Shown piece after piece: positions 51,068-61,885 of a DNA stretch of 64,000 nt (positions are counted from its first letter, which is position 1; every line of letters begins with the position of its first letter). Below the pieces are notes generated by a model, which worked only from the letters and a program-made list of their open reading frames with translations, searched no databases and had not been told where the DNA came from. The stretch is from Octopus sinensis (lineage: Eukaryota): positions 1-64,000 of the forward strand of contig NW_021831404.1 in the NCBI RefSeq assembly GCF_006345805.1, read 5' to 3'. Position numbers and translations under genes: made by a program.

Positions 51068-52315
51068 CTGCAAATATAAAGAAAAGGTGCAATCAGAAAT
51101 GTGTAGTCTAAACAACGCAATAGATTTTACTGAGCTTGATGTGTCTTCTGAAATATAGCGGACCGGATCACCAGACGTCTCGATGACAAGGGACTGAGAC
51201 TTCAAGTGATTCACTGTACCTGAGAAGACACGACAAGCTAAGTAAAATCGCAGCCCATCCATACATACAGGTATGTCGTTTATGGCCGTGCCCCCCACCC
51301 CCACCCCACCCACTCCCTTTCCCAGCTGAGAGGTCTTTGTCTTTTAGGTACTGGTTCCACATAAAATGCACTCATGCCTGTGGCAGGTAGGAAGCACACA
51401 AGCCGTTCCCACATTAAACACACTCGTGCCGGTGCCATGCTGAGTGCACTGGCGTCAATGCCACATTAACTGCACTCGTGCCAGTGGCGCATAGGGGCGC
51501 CCATGCCGGCAGCACATAAGCACCCAGCACACTCTGTAAAGTGATTGGCATTAGGAAGGGCATCCTGCTGTAGAAGCCATGCCAAAACAGACAATTGGAA
51601 CCTGGACAACTCACTGGCTGGTCAGCTCCTACCAAACTGTCCAACCCATGCCAGCATGGAAACAAACATTAAACGATGATGATGAGATGTATATTTGTTT
51701 TTTCTACAATACTGCTTTGCATAGCTATTATATAATTTGTTTGAACCAAGCAGCCTTTGTATTCTGTCAGTAAATATTTTCCTGTGCTGGTGGCATGTAA
51801 AAAGCACCCACTACACTCACAGAGTGGTTGGCGTTAGGAAGGGCATCCAGCTGTAGAAACACTGCCAGATCAGACTGGAGCCTGGTGCAGCCTCCTGGCT
51901 TCCCAGACCCCGGTCGAACCGTCCAACCCACGCTAGCATGGAAAACGGACGTTAAACGATGATGATGATGCTGATGAAAGCTACAACTTCTGAAGTAATT
52001 TTAGAGTTATCTTGCTTGGTATCTGGGGCTGACAATAGCTAAGGAATTTGAGGATGTGCTAAGATGACTGTTGGTGTTTCATCAGCTGTTGTCTAAAGGA
52101 AGAATTTTCTCCGTGGCAAACCACAGTGAAAATAGCCTTTACATGAGTCAAATATGTCCCAAACATATCCAAACTGATCTAAAACAACATATATATGTAT
52201 ATACATAAATAACAAACAATAAGAATGAGTATTCAAGACCATATTGATTGGTAAAGATTCTTTATTTGTGTACTAAGACTACCATTGGTTTCAGGTTAAG
52301 GAATACCTCAACAAT

Positions 52316-52365
52316 AGGCTTGATAATTGTTGAGGTATTCCTTAACATGAAACCAATGGTAGCCT
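52316..52365 (+). ncRNA. Hammerhead motif with U3:A8 core, in a small foldback (52261-52380)
   Basis: aggc-TTGATAA-t-tgttgagg tatt ccttaaca-t-GAAAC-caatg-GTA-gcct. Confidence 0.6.
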
Positions 52366-52591
52366 CAATACATAAATAAATATTATATATATATATCAAT
52401 GGAGAGAGATAACTCTAAAAGTAAATCAATAAATATGGATCAATACAATGACCACTTGACAAAATACTAAGGGCTGGGGTGATATAATTAACTAAAATCC
52501 TTAAAGATGGTATCCCAGCATGGCCCCTACCCATCAGCTAAAACCAGTAAAAGAATGAAAATAAACAAATAAGAAGAAAAAGCCTACATAC

Positions 52592-52668
52592 AATGATATT
52601 TTCAGCATGGTTTTCAAGAAATGTGTGAAGGTCTCGAGGCTCATATTTTCACTTTTGTTGGCAGTTAT
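52592..52668 (-). CDS. ZZEF1: ZZEF1 exon 6 (ITANKSENMSLETFTHFLKTMLKIS)
   Basis: ttttccttaccag acceptor and gtatgt donor. Phase 0-2 is exactly what exons 5 and 7 require. Sequence similarity is weak. Confidence 0.7.
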
Positions 52669-52859
52669 CTGGTAAGGAAAAACAATGATCGTAAACACCA
52701 TGCCAAATGAGACAAAGAAGTCTGGAGTAGACTCCTGCCTGGCCGGCTCCTGCCTGGCCAGCTCCTGTCAGACTGTCCAATCCATACAACCATGGAAGGC
52801 AAGCATTAAACAATGATGATTTAAACAATGCAAACTTCAGGTGGAAAAGCATCAAATAT

Positions 52860-54119
52860 AAAACAATTTCAAATTTTGCCAGTGGGCCAGCAGTTTTGGG
52901 GGTCAAGGGAAGAAGTTGATTACACTGACCCCTTACTTGACTGGAACTTATTTTACCGACCCCAAAAGGATGAAAGGCAAAGTTAACCCCTGATGGAATT
53001 TGAACTCAGAACATAAAGACAAAATGCTACAAAACATTTTGCCTGATATACTAACAATTCTGCTAGTTCAAAATTTAATAATAATTCTTTCTTTTATAGG
53101 CAAAAGGCCAGAAATTTGTGGGGAGGGGCTAGTCGGTTACATTAACCTCAGAGTTTGGATGGTACTTGTTTTATTGACCCTAAAGGGATGAAAAGCGAAG
53201 TCAACCCCAGCAGAATTTTAATTCACAACAGGAAGATAGACAAAATGCCACAAAACAATTTGTCTGGCATGGTAACAATTCTGCTGGTTTGCTGCCTTAA
53301 TAATCCTTTCTATTATAGGCACAAGGCCTGAAATTTGGGGGAAGAAGACTAGTCGATCACAATGACCACAGTGTTTCACTGGTACTTAATTTATCAACCC
53401 CAAAAGAATGAAAGGCAAAGTCGACCTCAGTGGAATTTGAACTCAGATCACAGCAACAGACAAAATACTGCTAAGCATTCTGCCAGCTTGCCACCATTTT
53501 AATAATAATAATACTCCTTTCTATTACAGGCACAAGGCCTGGAGTTTGTGAGGAGAGGACTAGTTGATTATATCAACTCCAGTGTTTCACTGGTACTTAA
53601 TTTATCGACTCCAAAAGGATTAAAGTCAGAGTTGACCTCGACGAAATTTGAACTCAGAACGTAGTGGCGGAATTTGAACTCAGATCATAACGACAGGCAA
53701 AATACCTATTTCTTTATTACCCACAAGGGGCTAAACACAGAGGGGACAAACAAGGACAGACATAGGTATTAATTCGATTACATCGACCCCAGTGCGTAAC
53801 TGGTACTTATTTAATCGACCCCGAAAGGATGAAAGGCAAAGTTGACCTCGACGAAATTTGAACTCAGATCATAACGACAGGCAAAATACCATTAAGCATT
53901 TCATCCGGCATGCTAACGATTCTGCCAGCTCGCCACCTAGATAATAACAATTCTTTATAGTATAGGCAGAGAGCCAGAAATTTGGTGGGTAGAGGATTAG
54001 CTGATACCACTAATCCAACTACTTGACTAATAATTATTTCATCAACCCTGAAAGGATGAAAGGCTATGTGAACCTTAGCAGAAACTGAACTCGGAACACA
54101 ATGAACCACAATAATAATG

Positions 54120-54157
<38 letters not shown>

Positions 54158-54480
54158 TGTTTCTAATTTAGGCACAAGACCAGCATTTTTAATGGGAGAG
54201 GTTCAATCATTATCTTACAAAGACAGTACTTGGCTGGTAGATTATTTTGTCATTCCTTCACGGCTGAAAGAGACAAAAGTTGACCTGGGTAGGATTTGAA
54301 TAGAAAATGTAAAGAACCAGAACAAATACCACAAGGCATTTTCTCAGCTATTTTAATGATTCTGCCAATTTGCAACCTTAACAAACAACAATCCCTTCCC
54401 CTCAAAATGAATTTCCACGGCCAGCAATTTTGAGGGTATCATTTTGAGAGGAAGCGATACCCTTGGACCCAGTGCTTGAC
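52860..54480 (-). repeat. Second array of co-oriented, nested family-A SINEs
   Basis: About 8 copies in the same orientation, several truncated by the next copy. Confidence 0.8.
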
Positions 54481-55386
54481 TAATACTTTAGTGTACTAAC
54501 ACCCCCACCCCTCACCTCCAGAGCAATGAAAGGCAATGTGGTTTATATGATGGGAAATATAATTTCAAAATTTTCATGGTGGACAGAGTGAGGATCTGAT
54601 CAAAAGACTTTGCAATTAAAAGAAGTGGGAGAAAAGTGGAAATATACAAAAATAAACATTATTTTCCGTTTTACTGTTAGTTTTGTTTCATTTTGAAAAA
54701 TGAAAAATACACGGTTTATTATTGTTCATAATTTAAATTACATAACAGGGACACCAAAATCTTTTAAGTGCTTAGGGCTTCAATGGGTCTTAATCCAGCC
54801 CTGTGTGTTTGTGTGTGTCTATATATATATATATATTTATACATATACACACATACATACATGTGGAGACGCAATGGCCCAGTGGTTAGGGCAGCAGACT
54901 CGCGGTCGTAGGATCATGGTTTCGATTCCCAGACCGGGCGTTGTGAGTGTTTATTGAGCGAAAACACTTAAAGCTCCACGAGGCTCCGGCAGTAGATGGT
55001 GCTGATCCCTGCTGTACTCTATCGCCGCAACTTTCATTCACTCTTTCTTCTGTTGGCCTGCTCGCTTAGCCAGCGGGGTGGCGTCATTTGAAGGCTAAAA
55101 CAATGCAAAGCGCATTGTGACCAGCGATGTGTAGCAACATCTGATAGCCTGGTCGGTCACAGTGATCACGGTGATATACATACATACATACATACACACA
55201 TTTAAATGGCGTCATTTAAAGGCTAAAACAATGCAAAGCACATTGTGACCAGCGATGTGTAGCAACATCTGATAGCCTGGTCGGTCACAGTGATCACGGT
55301 GATATACATACATACATACACACACAATGGGCGTCTTTCAGTTTCCATCCACCAAATCTATAGTAGAAGATACCCGAGGTGCATAC

Positions 55387-55514
55387 CGTCGATTTAGAGT
55401 TTCCTGAGAACAATGTACCAAGCAGGGAGAGCAGTTTGAAGTGGATGTGGCTGGAGAAAAACTGTTCATCACATGTCTCCAGTAACAGTGGTTCTTTCAA
55501 GAAGTTCATTTCGT
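55387..55514 (-). CDS. ZZEF1: ZZEF1 exon 5 (EMNFLKEPLLLETCDEQFFSSHIHFKLLSLLGTLFSGNSKST)
   Basis: gtttcag acceptor, gtatgc donor, phase 1-0, within ORF 55294..55509. Confidence 0.85.
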
Positions 55515-57099
55515 CTGAAACAACAACAACAAAACATAAATAACATGGTGGAAATATTGAATGGCTAGACTTGTCTAATCATCATCATCATCGTTTAGCA
55601 TCCGCTTTCCATGTTAGCAATGGTTGGACGGTTCAACTGGGGTCTGGGAAGCCAGAAGGCTGCACCAGGCCCAGTCTGATCTGGCAGTGTTTCTACGGCT
55701 GGATGCCCTTCCTAACGCCAACCACTCCGTGAGTGTAGTGGGTGCTTTTTACGTGCCACCGGCACAGGTGCCAGACGAGGCTGGCAAACGGCCACAATCG
55801 GATGGTGCTTTTTATGTGCCACCGGCACGTGTGAATGAAAGTGAGGGAAGCGAAGAGCATAAGATCTGTAACTTGAGACTGGTCATGCATATATATTTAG
55901 CTTCACATGTATAACATATGGGTGCACGTGTGTTATAGGTAACTGTGCCACATACAAAGCACCCTTGCCAGTGCTATGTGCAAAGCACCTGTGGCAGTTT
56001 CACAAATAAGGCACATATGCCAGTGCCACATATAAAGTACCCATGGCAGTGTCACATAAAAAGCACCCGGTTCACTGTAATGCAGTTGGTGCTAGGAAAG
56101 GCATCCATCCAACCATAGCAACCATGCCAAAACAGGCAATAAGAGACAGGGTAACTCTGCAGCTGGCTGGCACCTGTCACACTGTCCAGCCCATGCCAGC
56201 ATGGAAAATGGTCGTTAAATGATAATGACAATGATGATGATGTGCGTGAGCATATGTATGTGTAGAATGGGGTGTATGTTTGAGTGTATAAACAATGCTT
56301 ACTATTCTTATTTAGTAAAATAACTTAGCTAGTGTTAGGAACATAAATTGTGACTAAGGTTTGGTGGAAGATTTTAATTCAAAACTTATGAAAACAAAAC
56401 ATTTGTACTCAAAGCCAGAGCCAGTTTCAGCCGGGTTGGTAACGAAAGGGTTAATGTTCTCTTTTCCATGTTTGAATGCATCGGAAAGAGTTTGTTGAGG
56501 CAGGTTTTCTAAGGCCAGATACCTTTCTTGTTGCCAATCCTCAGCCATTTCCAAACAAAGTAATATTTCTCCATGCCTGAACATGGTCTCGAAGAGTATT
56601 CGAAACATCAATCAAGTGATGTCAAAACAAGTACACACACATACACACACACACAATAGACTTCTTTCAGTTTGTCTACCAAATCCGCTCAGAAGATATT
56701 GGACAGCCCAGGACAATAGTAGAAGACACCCAAGGTGGCATGTAGTGAGACTGAACCTGAAACCATGAGGTTAGAAGGCAAATTTCTTAACCACACAGCC
56801 ATGCTCATAATTATAATCAAAAATACCAAAGCTATGATCATCTCATCATTTTGTTAAGGATAGCATGTGTCCTCATCTGTTTTAAGCCATTAGGATGTAA
56901 TTTGAAGAAATTTTTTACATGCTATTTTTTCCATGACTGCATACAAGTATCTATAGAGAAAATAAAGTTCATGTTGATTGGGACTTCAAATTTCACCTAT
57001 CAGTTCAGTCAACCAGTGAAGAAAGCTTCAATTTCTCACATCTGTAAAAGAAAAGCAATAGGATGGTGGGGTAGGCAATTAGATAAGGTATATACTCAC

Positions 57100-57294
57100 T
57101 CTCGCTGAACCCGTTCAGGAGGTCATTTAGTACCATGTTGATACAGTTGTTGTTGAGATTAACAGCCAATTCGTGGTACCGGATTCCACATGTGTCAGCA
57201 GGCTGGTGCGTCATCCTGTTTAACTGCAGAGCCAGGCAGCTATATAGGAGCCAGGCATGTTGTTGTATGTAGGTCTCTATCACAATGGACTTTG
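57100..57294 (-). CDS. ZZEF1: ZZEF1 exon 4 (KSIVIETYIQQHAWLLYSCLAL...NGFSE)
   Basis: Lies in ORF 57005..57340. YIQQHAWLLYSCLAL resembles the vertebrate YIHNYSWLLFAALAL. gtgtag acceptor, gtgagt donor. Confidence 0.9.
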
Positions 57295-58147
57295 CTACAC
57301 AAATAAACAAATATACCATTTTATACATAGGTTTGTACATGTATGTGTGTGGTTGTTGTAAGAAATTTAACCCTTCAGCATTTAAACTGGCCGTATCCAG
57401 CCCAAATATCTTACCTCTTTTATATTCTAACCAACCAGATCTTGACTGTCATACCTACCTTACATTGTAGTTCTAAAAATATACGATCTCATCGTAAAAA
57501 TTTTGAAGCTATGAGATAATGCAAAATTAATTCAAAACAGTCTGATTATAAGTAAGCATTATACTTGACAAAATAATCTTAATACTAAAAGGTTAAATAC
57601 AATGGCTTAAGAAAGAGAGATTTATCTTCGGTGCTAGAAAGAGTCACATGACAGGCAGCCATCTTTAACCGTTTCACCTTCCGTGTTCTCTGTCAAATGT
57701 AATGTTTATTTATTCAACATTGATATAAATTAATCATGTACTATCTCATAGCTTCAAGATTTGGATGATGTGATTGCTTATTTTTAGAATGACTTTGCAA
57801 GGCTGGTGTAAAAGGCTGGATCTGGTCAATTTGAACATAGAATGGATAGAATATTTCCATTATCTCCTTAGCTGGAAGTAGGCTTAGAAATTAACCCAAA
57901 TTACAATTGTACCATATTTGATGGCATAAAAGACACATGGGCTTATTAGACATATCCCAACTTCAGCAGCACAGAGTCACGAAGACAGCTGCCTTGTATC
58001 ACAGAGATGTTTCATTGTAGTCTTAACGTTTCTTAGATTAGTGTTCTACCATAACCAGTATTTGCTTTCATTTGCACTCCTCTCTCAGTAGTTTCCAAAT
58101 GATTATTGACGGAGCATATTTAAGCCTTCAGCATTCAGATTATTCTA

Positions 58148-58601
58148 CAGTTCTATATTTAAGAGATGAGGAATTATGAACATTATTTACATATGACAGA
58201 TATTTGTCCTCACCTTGTTTGTTGTTAACACAACATTTCGGCAGATATACTCTCCAGTTTTCATTAGGTGTCTTGGGGAAATTTCAAACCTGGGTTCTCA
58301 TTCCTAAGGTATTTTTCGATGTTGTTATTATTATTATCATTATTATCATTATTATTATTCAGGTCACTGCCTGGAATCGAACTCAGAATCTTGGGGTTAA
58401 GATTCTGAGTTCAATCCCAGGCAGTGACCTGAATAATAATAACAACAACAACATCGAAAAATACCTTAGGAATGAGAGCCCAGGTTCGAAATTTCCCCAA
58501 GACACCTGATGAAGGCTGGAGGGTATATCAGCCGAAATGTTGTGTTAACAACAAACAAGGTGAGGACAAATATCCATCAAATGTAAATAATATAAATAAT
58601 G
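58148..58601. mobile_element. Foldback element: two head-to-head truncated copies of a tRNA-like plus hammerhead repeat, with 13-bp TSD
   Basis: Inverted arms about 58180-58391 and 58400-58590. TSD tcagattattcta at 58135-58147 and 58602-58614. Confidence 0.8.
58501..58546 (+). ncRNA. Minimal hammerhead motif, right arm of the foldback
   Basis: gacac-CTGATGA-a-ggctg..cagcc-GAAA-t-GTT-gtgtt. The left-arm copy (58227-58272, minus strand) has core CTAATGA (G5A). Confidence 0.6.
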
Positions 58602-59100
58602 TCAGATTATTCTATCGAATATAATGCTTATTTATTCACATTGTTTTGAAGTAATAATGCATTATCTCATAGTTTTGAGATTTCAACGATGTGATTGTTT
58701 CTTTTCAAAATGACATTGCAGAGTAGGTGTGAAAGGCCAGATCTAGCCAGTTTGAACATAAAATAGAATATATGGCTGGTTTAAATGTTAAAGGGTTAAG
58801 CTTATCCAGTTGTAATGGATCAGCTGGTACTAGTCACATGGCCAGTACACTATTATGATAATTCCCTTCAGAGGACCAGTAATAATAATGATAATGTTTA
58901 ACAGCCATGTATGCACACATCAATGGATTGATGGATAGATACACACACACATGTACATACATAAATGGCAATGTAGTGTAATAAAAAAAAATATCCAGAT
59001 TTTGATTAGTGCTAGTTGCAATTAAAATACATGTAAATTAGAATAATTTTTGAAGAATCATAATAAAGATGGTGAGAGAAAGAGAGAGACCATAACTTAC

Positions 59101-59144
59101 ATTTGAGGCGAGGAATGATTTTGACTTTGTGACTAGTTTTGTGG
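59101..59144 (-). CDS. ZZEF1: ZZEF1 exon 3 (PHKTSHKVKIIPRLK; distal His ligands of ZZ2)
   Basis: attttag acceptor and gtaagt donor. 44 nt, phase 2-1, bridges the neighbouring exons in frame. Supplies the HxxxH motif. Confidence 0.8.
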
Positions 59145-59308
59145 CTAAAATATTAAACAATACAACAGTTAATTATATTTGATAAAACAATAATTATAAA
59201 TTTAACTACATAATGCCAAAATTTGCCACTAATATGGAAGCAGGATAATTGACAGATAATAAAAAGCACTGAATCAAAATAGTAACAAAATACAAACAAG
59301 TGTGTATA

Positions 59309-59373
<65 letters not shown>

Positions 59374-59464
59374 ATATTATTAGAGGCAAAACCACTATTT
59401 TGCAAAACAAACAAAGAAAGACTTAATCAATACATAAAATTTTAATAAAAAGTCAAAAAAACCG

Positions 59465-59507
59465 CCACTACAATTGTTTCTTGTCCTGATCGACAATCTT
59501 CAGGTGG
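59465..59507 (-). ncRNA. Intact minimal hammerhead ribozyme motif, mirror copy, sense to the ZZEF1 pre-mRNA
   Basis: Exact reverse complement of 59555-59597. Confidence 0.8.
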
Positions 59508-59554
59508 ACTTCCAATAAGTCAGTTTCAAATTATGAAACTGACTTATTGGAAGT

Positions 59555-59597
59555 CCACCTGAAGATTGTCGATCAGGACAAGAAACAATTGTAGTGG
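59555..59597 (+). ncRNA. Intact minimal hammerhead ribozyme motif
   Basis: ccac-CTGAAGA-ttgtc gatcag gacaa-GAAAC-aatt-GTA-gtgg. Palindromic ACAATTGT at stem III. Confidence 0.8.
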
Positions 59598-59771
59598 CGG
59601 TTTTTTTGACTTTTTATTAAAATTTTATGTATTGATTAAGTCTTTCTTTGTTTTGCAAAATAGTGGTTTTGTCTCTAATAATATTATATAATATTTTACA
59701 ATAAAATTGGATTTAATCCTAAATCTGATTTTTTCCCTGTAAATTTGGATTTATTCCCTAATATTTATTAT

Positions 59772-59805
<34 letters not shown>

Positions 59806-60124
59806 TCTCTTTACTCTTTTACTTGTTTCAGTCATTTGACTGTGGCCATGCTGGAGCACCGCCTTTAGTCGAGCAAATCGACCCCAGAACTTATTCTTTG
59901 TAAGCCTAGTACTTATTCTATCAGTCTCTTTTGCTGAACTGCTAAGTTACGGGGATGTAAACACACCAGCATTGGTTGTCAAGCGATGTTCAGCCAGTGT
60001 GGCAGGGTAGGCTCATTAAGCCAGTAAGATTTCAAGGTAAAATTCAGACTCCACATCAGAACATGGTTGGTGGAGAGAATATGCGGTGGCCTGCGGTGAA
60101 CTGAACATGGGCAGTCCAATCTAT

Positions 60125-60285
60125 TGTTTGTTTGTTTGTTTGTTTGTATGTACGTACGTATGTATGTACATATGTATGTATGTATGCATGTATGTATGTA
60201 CATATGCATGTATGTATGTATGTACGTACGTATGTACGTATGTATGTATGTATGTATGTACATATGTATGTGCGTACGTATACAC
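60125..60285. repeat. (GTTT)/(GTAT)n tetranucleotide tract
   Basis: Direct reading of the sequence. Confidence 0.9.
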
Positions 60286-60535
60286 TGGGTAAGAGCATAA
60301 AAAGTGTACCTCTCTGCCAAGCCAGTGCTGAGCGAGTGTGGCAGAGTAGGTTCATCAAATCAGTATGATCTCAAGCTGAAATTCATGGCCTCCACATCAG
60401 AACATGGTTGGTTGGAGAGAACATATGAGGTCTTCATCCTGCAGTGGACTAAACATGGGCAATCCAATCCAGTTCATCACTTCAAACAGAAATAAATATG
60501 AAAATATAAGGGTGAAAAAAGCAGATAGAACTTAC

Positions 60536-60646
60536 GGTGAAGGAACCTGTCCAAGCTTGTAACATCCGAAACAGACATGGTAGCTGCATTCAGCACATTG
60601 AACTCTGGTCCCCATAATATAACCGTTACAAACATCACAGTGATAA
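60536..60646 (-). CDS. ZZEF1: ZZEF1 exon 2; second ZZ zinc finger (YHCDVCNGYIMGTRVQCAECSYHVCFGCYKLGQVPS)
   Basis: tttacag acceptor, gtaag donor, CxxC..CxxC..CxxC pattern, phase 2-2. Confidence 0.92.
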
Positions 60647-60719
60647 CTGTAAATTGAGTAAATATAAAATAAAAGAAAAGAGAATCAGTCTTAAATAAAG
60701 TCATTACCATGATCATCAT

Positions 60720-61285
60720 CACACAGCTTATAATTAGACATGTACTATGTCCACAGCCAGGATATCTACATGTAGGTAAGTACCATAGTGTGCTACTTTA
60801 CTAAGTCTATGGCCACGATACACAACAATCATCAGCTGAGTCCACCTAGATATATGTAGGTACCACAGAATAGTAAAAAGCACATTACTGTGTCCACAGC
60901 CAAGATACTTAACTCTCACTAGATCGGTCCACCTAGCTATAAGTAAGGGCCACAATTTGGTATAGTTTTATAGCATTTATGGCAATGGACTCACTGTACT
61001 GAGTCAATTACCAATGTTAAATGTTGAAGACATTCGCACACACACCTACAGACACGCACAACATTACAATTTGTCAGGCTTTCATTAAACTTCTTGTGCC
61101 ATTATTACAATACATGTATGATGACCCCTTTCTCATTAAACCCTCCGATCATCAATCGGTTCACCTAGCTGTAAATAAGTATTACAGTCTGGTATAATTA
61201 GACAATGTTCTTGAACAAGACACTTAACTAACAAAATCCCAACCCACCAAGCTATAAACAGGTACCACAGTATAATATCATTCCC
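60720..61285. repeat. Old degenerate tandem repeat that hosts the CR1 insertion
   Basis: Recurring tccacagcca(g/a)gata, (t)ccacctag and taccacag motifs. The unit resumes after the CR1 tail (actgtggtcatagccaagac). Confidence 0.55.
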
Positions 61286-61657
61286 TGGGCATGGATTCAC
61301 TGAAGCTCCGGCGTCTGGCGACGGACTTGGTAAACGCCCACAAAGTTGTCAACCACCTCACCAATAACAACACTGAACACCTTTTTGATCTCCATGTGTC
61401 TAACACACGTGGACATGCCTACAAAGTCAGAAAACAACACAGCTCCCATGACTTTCGGAAACATTTCTTCACGCTTAGAGTTGCTGAAGCATGGAATAAA
61501 CTGCCTGCGTCAGTTGTTGACTGCCATGACACTGCATCCTTTAAGGCCCTCATGCTTTCCGAAATCCGTCGAAACTACACCTGATTATATATGCACTTTA
61601 GATGAGTTGTAGTGCACCTGAGCACTGTACACAATGTTTATTATTATTATTATTATT
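61286..61657 (+). mobile_element. CR1-clade LINE 3' end with (TTA)n tail
   Basis: ORF 61291..61584 has TRGHAYKVRK..RKHFFTLRVAEAWNKLPASVV..FK, the typical CR1 ORF2 C-terminus. Confidence 0.85.
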
Positions 61658-61821
61658 ACACTGTGGTCATAGCCAAGACCACTGTTAACAGCTCAGTGGA
61701 CAAGGCTGTTGGAGTTAAAACTTTTGGCAACAAAATCTGCATAGTATCCATCAGTGGGTATGAAACCCTACCACCCTGTCCATCCTCAGCAAACTGGTAA
61801 TCCTTAAGATAAAGTACTTAC

Positions 61822-61885
61822 GCTATGTATATGATATCATGATCTTCGTTATGGTCTTCATTTTCTTTATCGTTCTTGAAACAAC
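61822..61885 (-). CDS. ZZEF1: ZZEF1 exon 1 of 25 in window; end of first ZZ finger (xCFKNDKENEDHNEDHDIIYIA)
   Basis: Acceptor ttttctttttcccag and donor gtaagt. Only one frame is open. Resembles the C-F...H..DH end of ZZ1. Phase 1 in, phase 2 out. Confidence 0.8.

Larger units (their letters stand above)
59368..59690. repeat. Near-perfect palindrome with about 160-bp arms and a 5-nt loop centred at 59531
   Basis: 59368-59528 is the reverse complement of 59534-59690, with one substitution and one small indel seen. Confidence 0.95.

Noticed and set aside
51130-51219. Open stretch GTVNHLKSQSLV... after a ttctcag acceptor
   Set aside because: Its phases do not fit the flanking exons and there is no recognisable homology.
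52059-52178. Candidate alternative to exon 6 (ISLDMFGTYLTHVKAIFTVV...), superficially ZZEF1-like
   Set aside because: The only phase-2 donors are weak (gtttgg after 14 nt, gtcatc), and an in-frame TAG follows.
4779-55175. tRNA genes
   Set aside because: The A/B-box sequences all belong to SINE heads and no complete cloverleaf was found.
57005-57042. Strong acceptor 57 nt after the exon 4 donor
   Set aside because: All usable frames hit a stop within 40 nt and the intron would be very short.
10130-61285. CRISPR-like arrays
   Set aside because: The periodic sequences are eukaryotic mini- and microsatellites without constant repeats and unique spacers.
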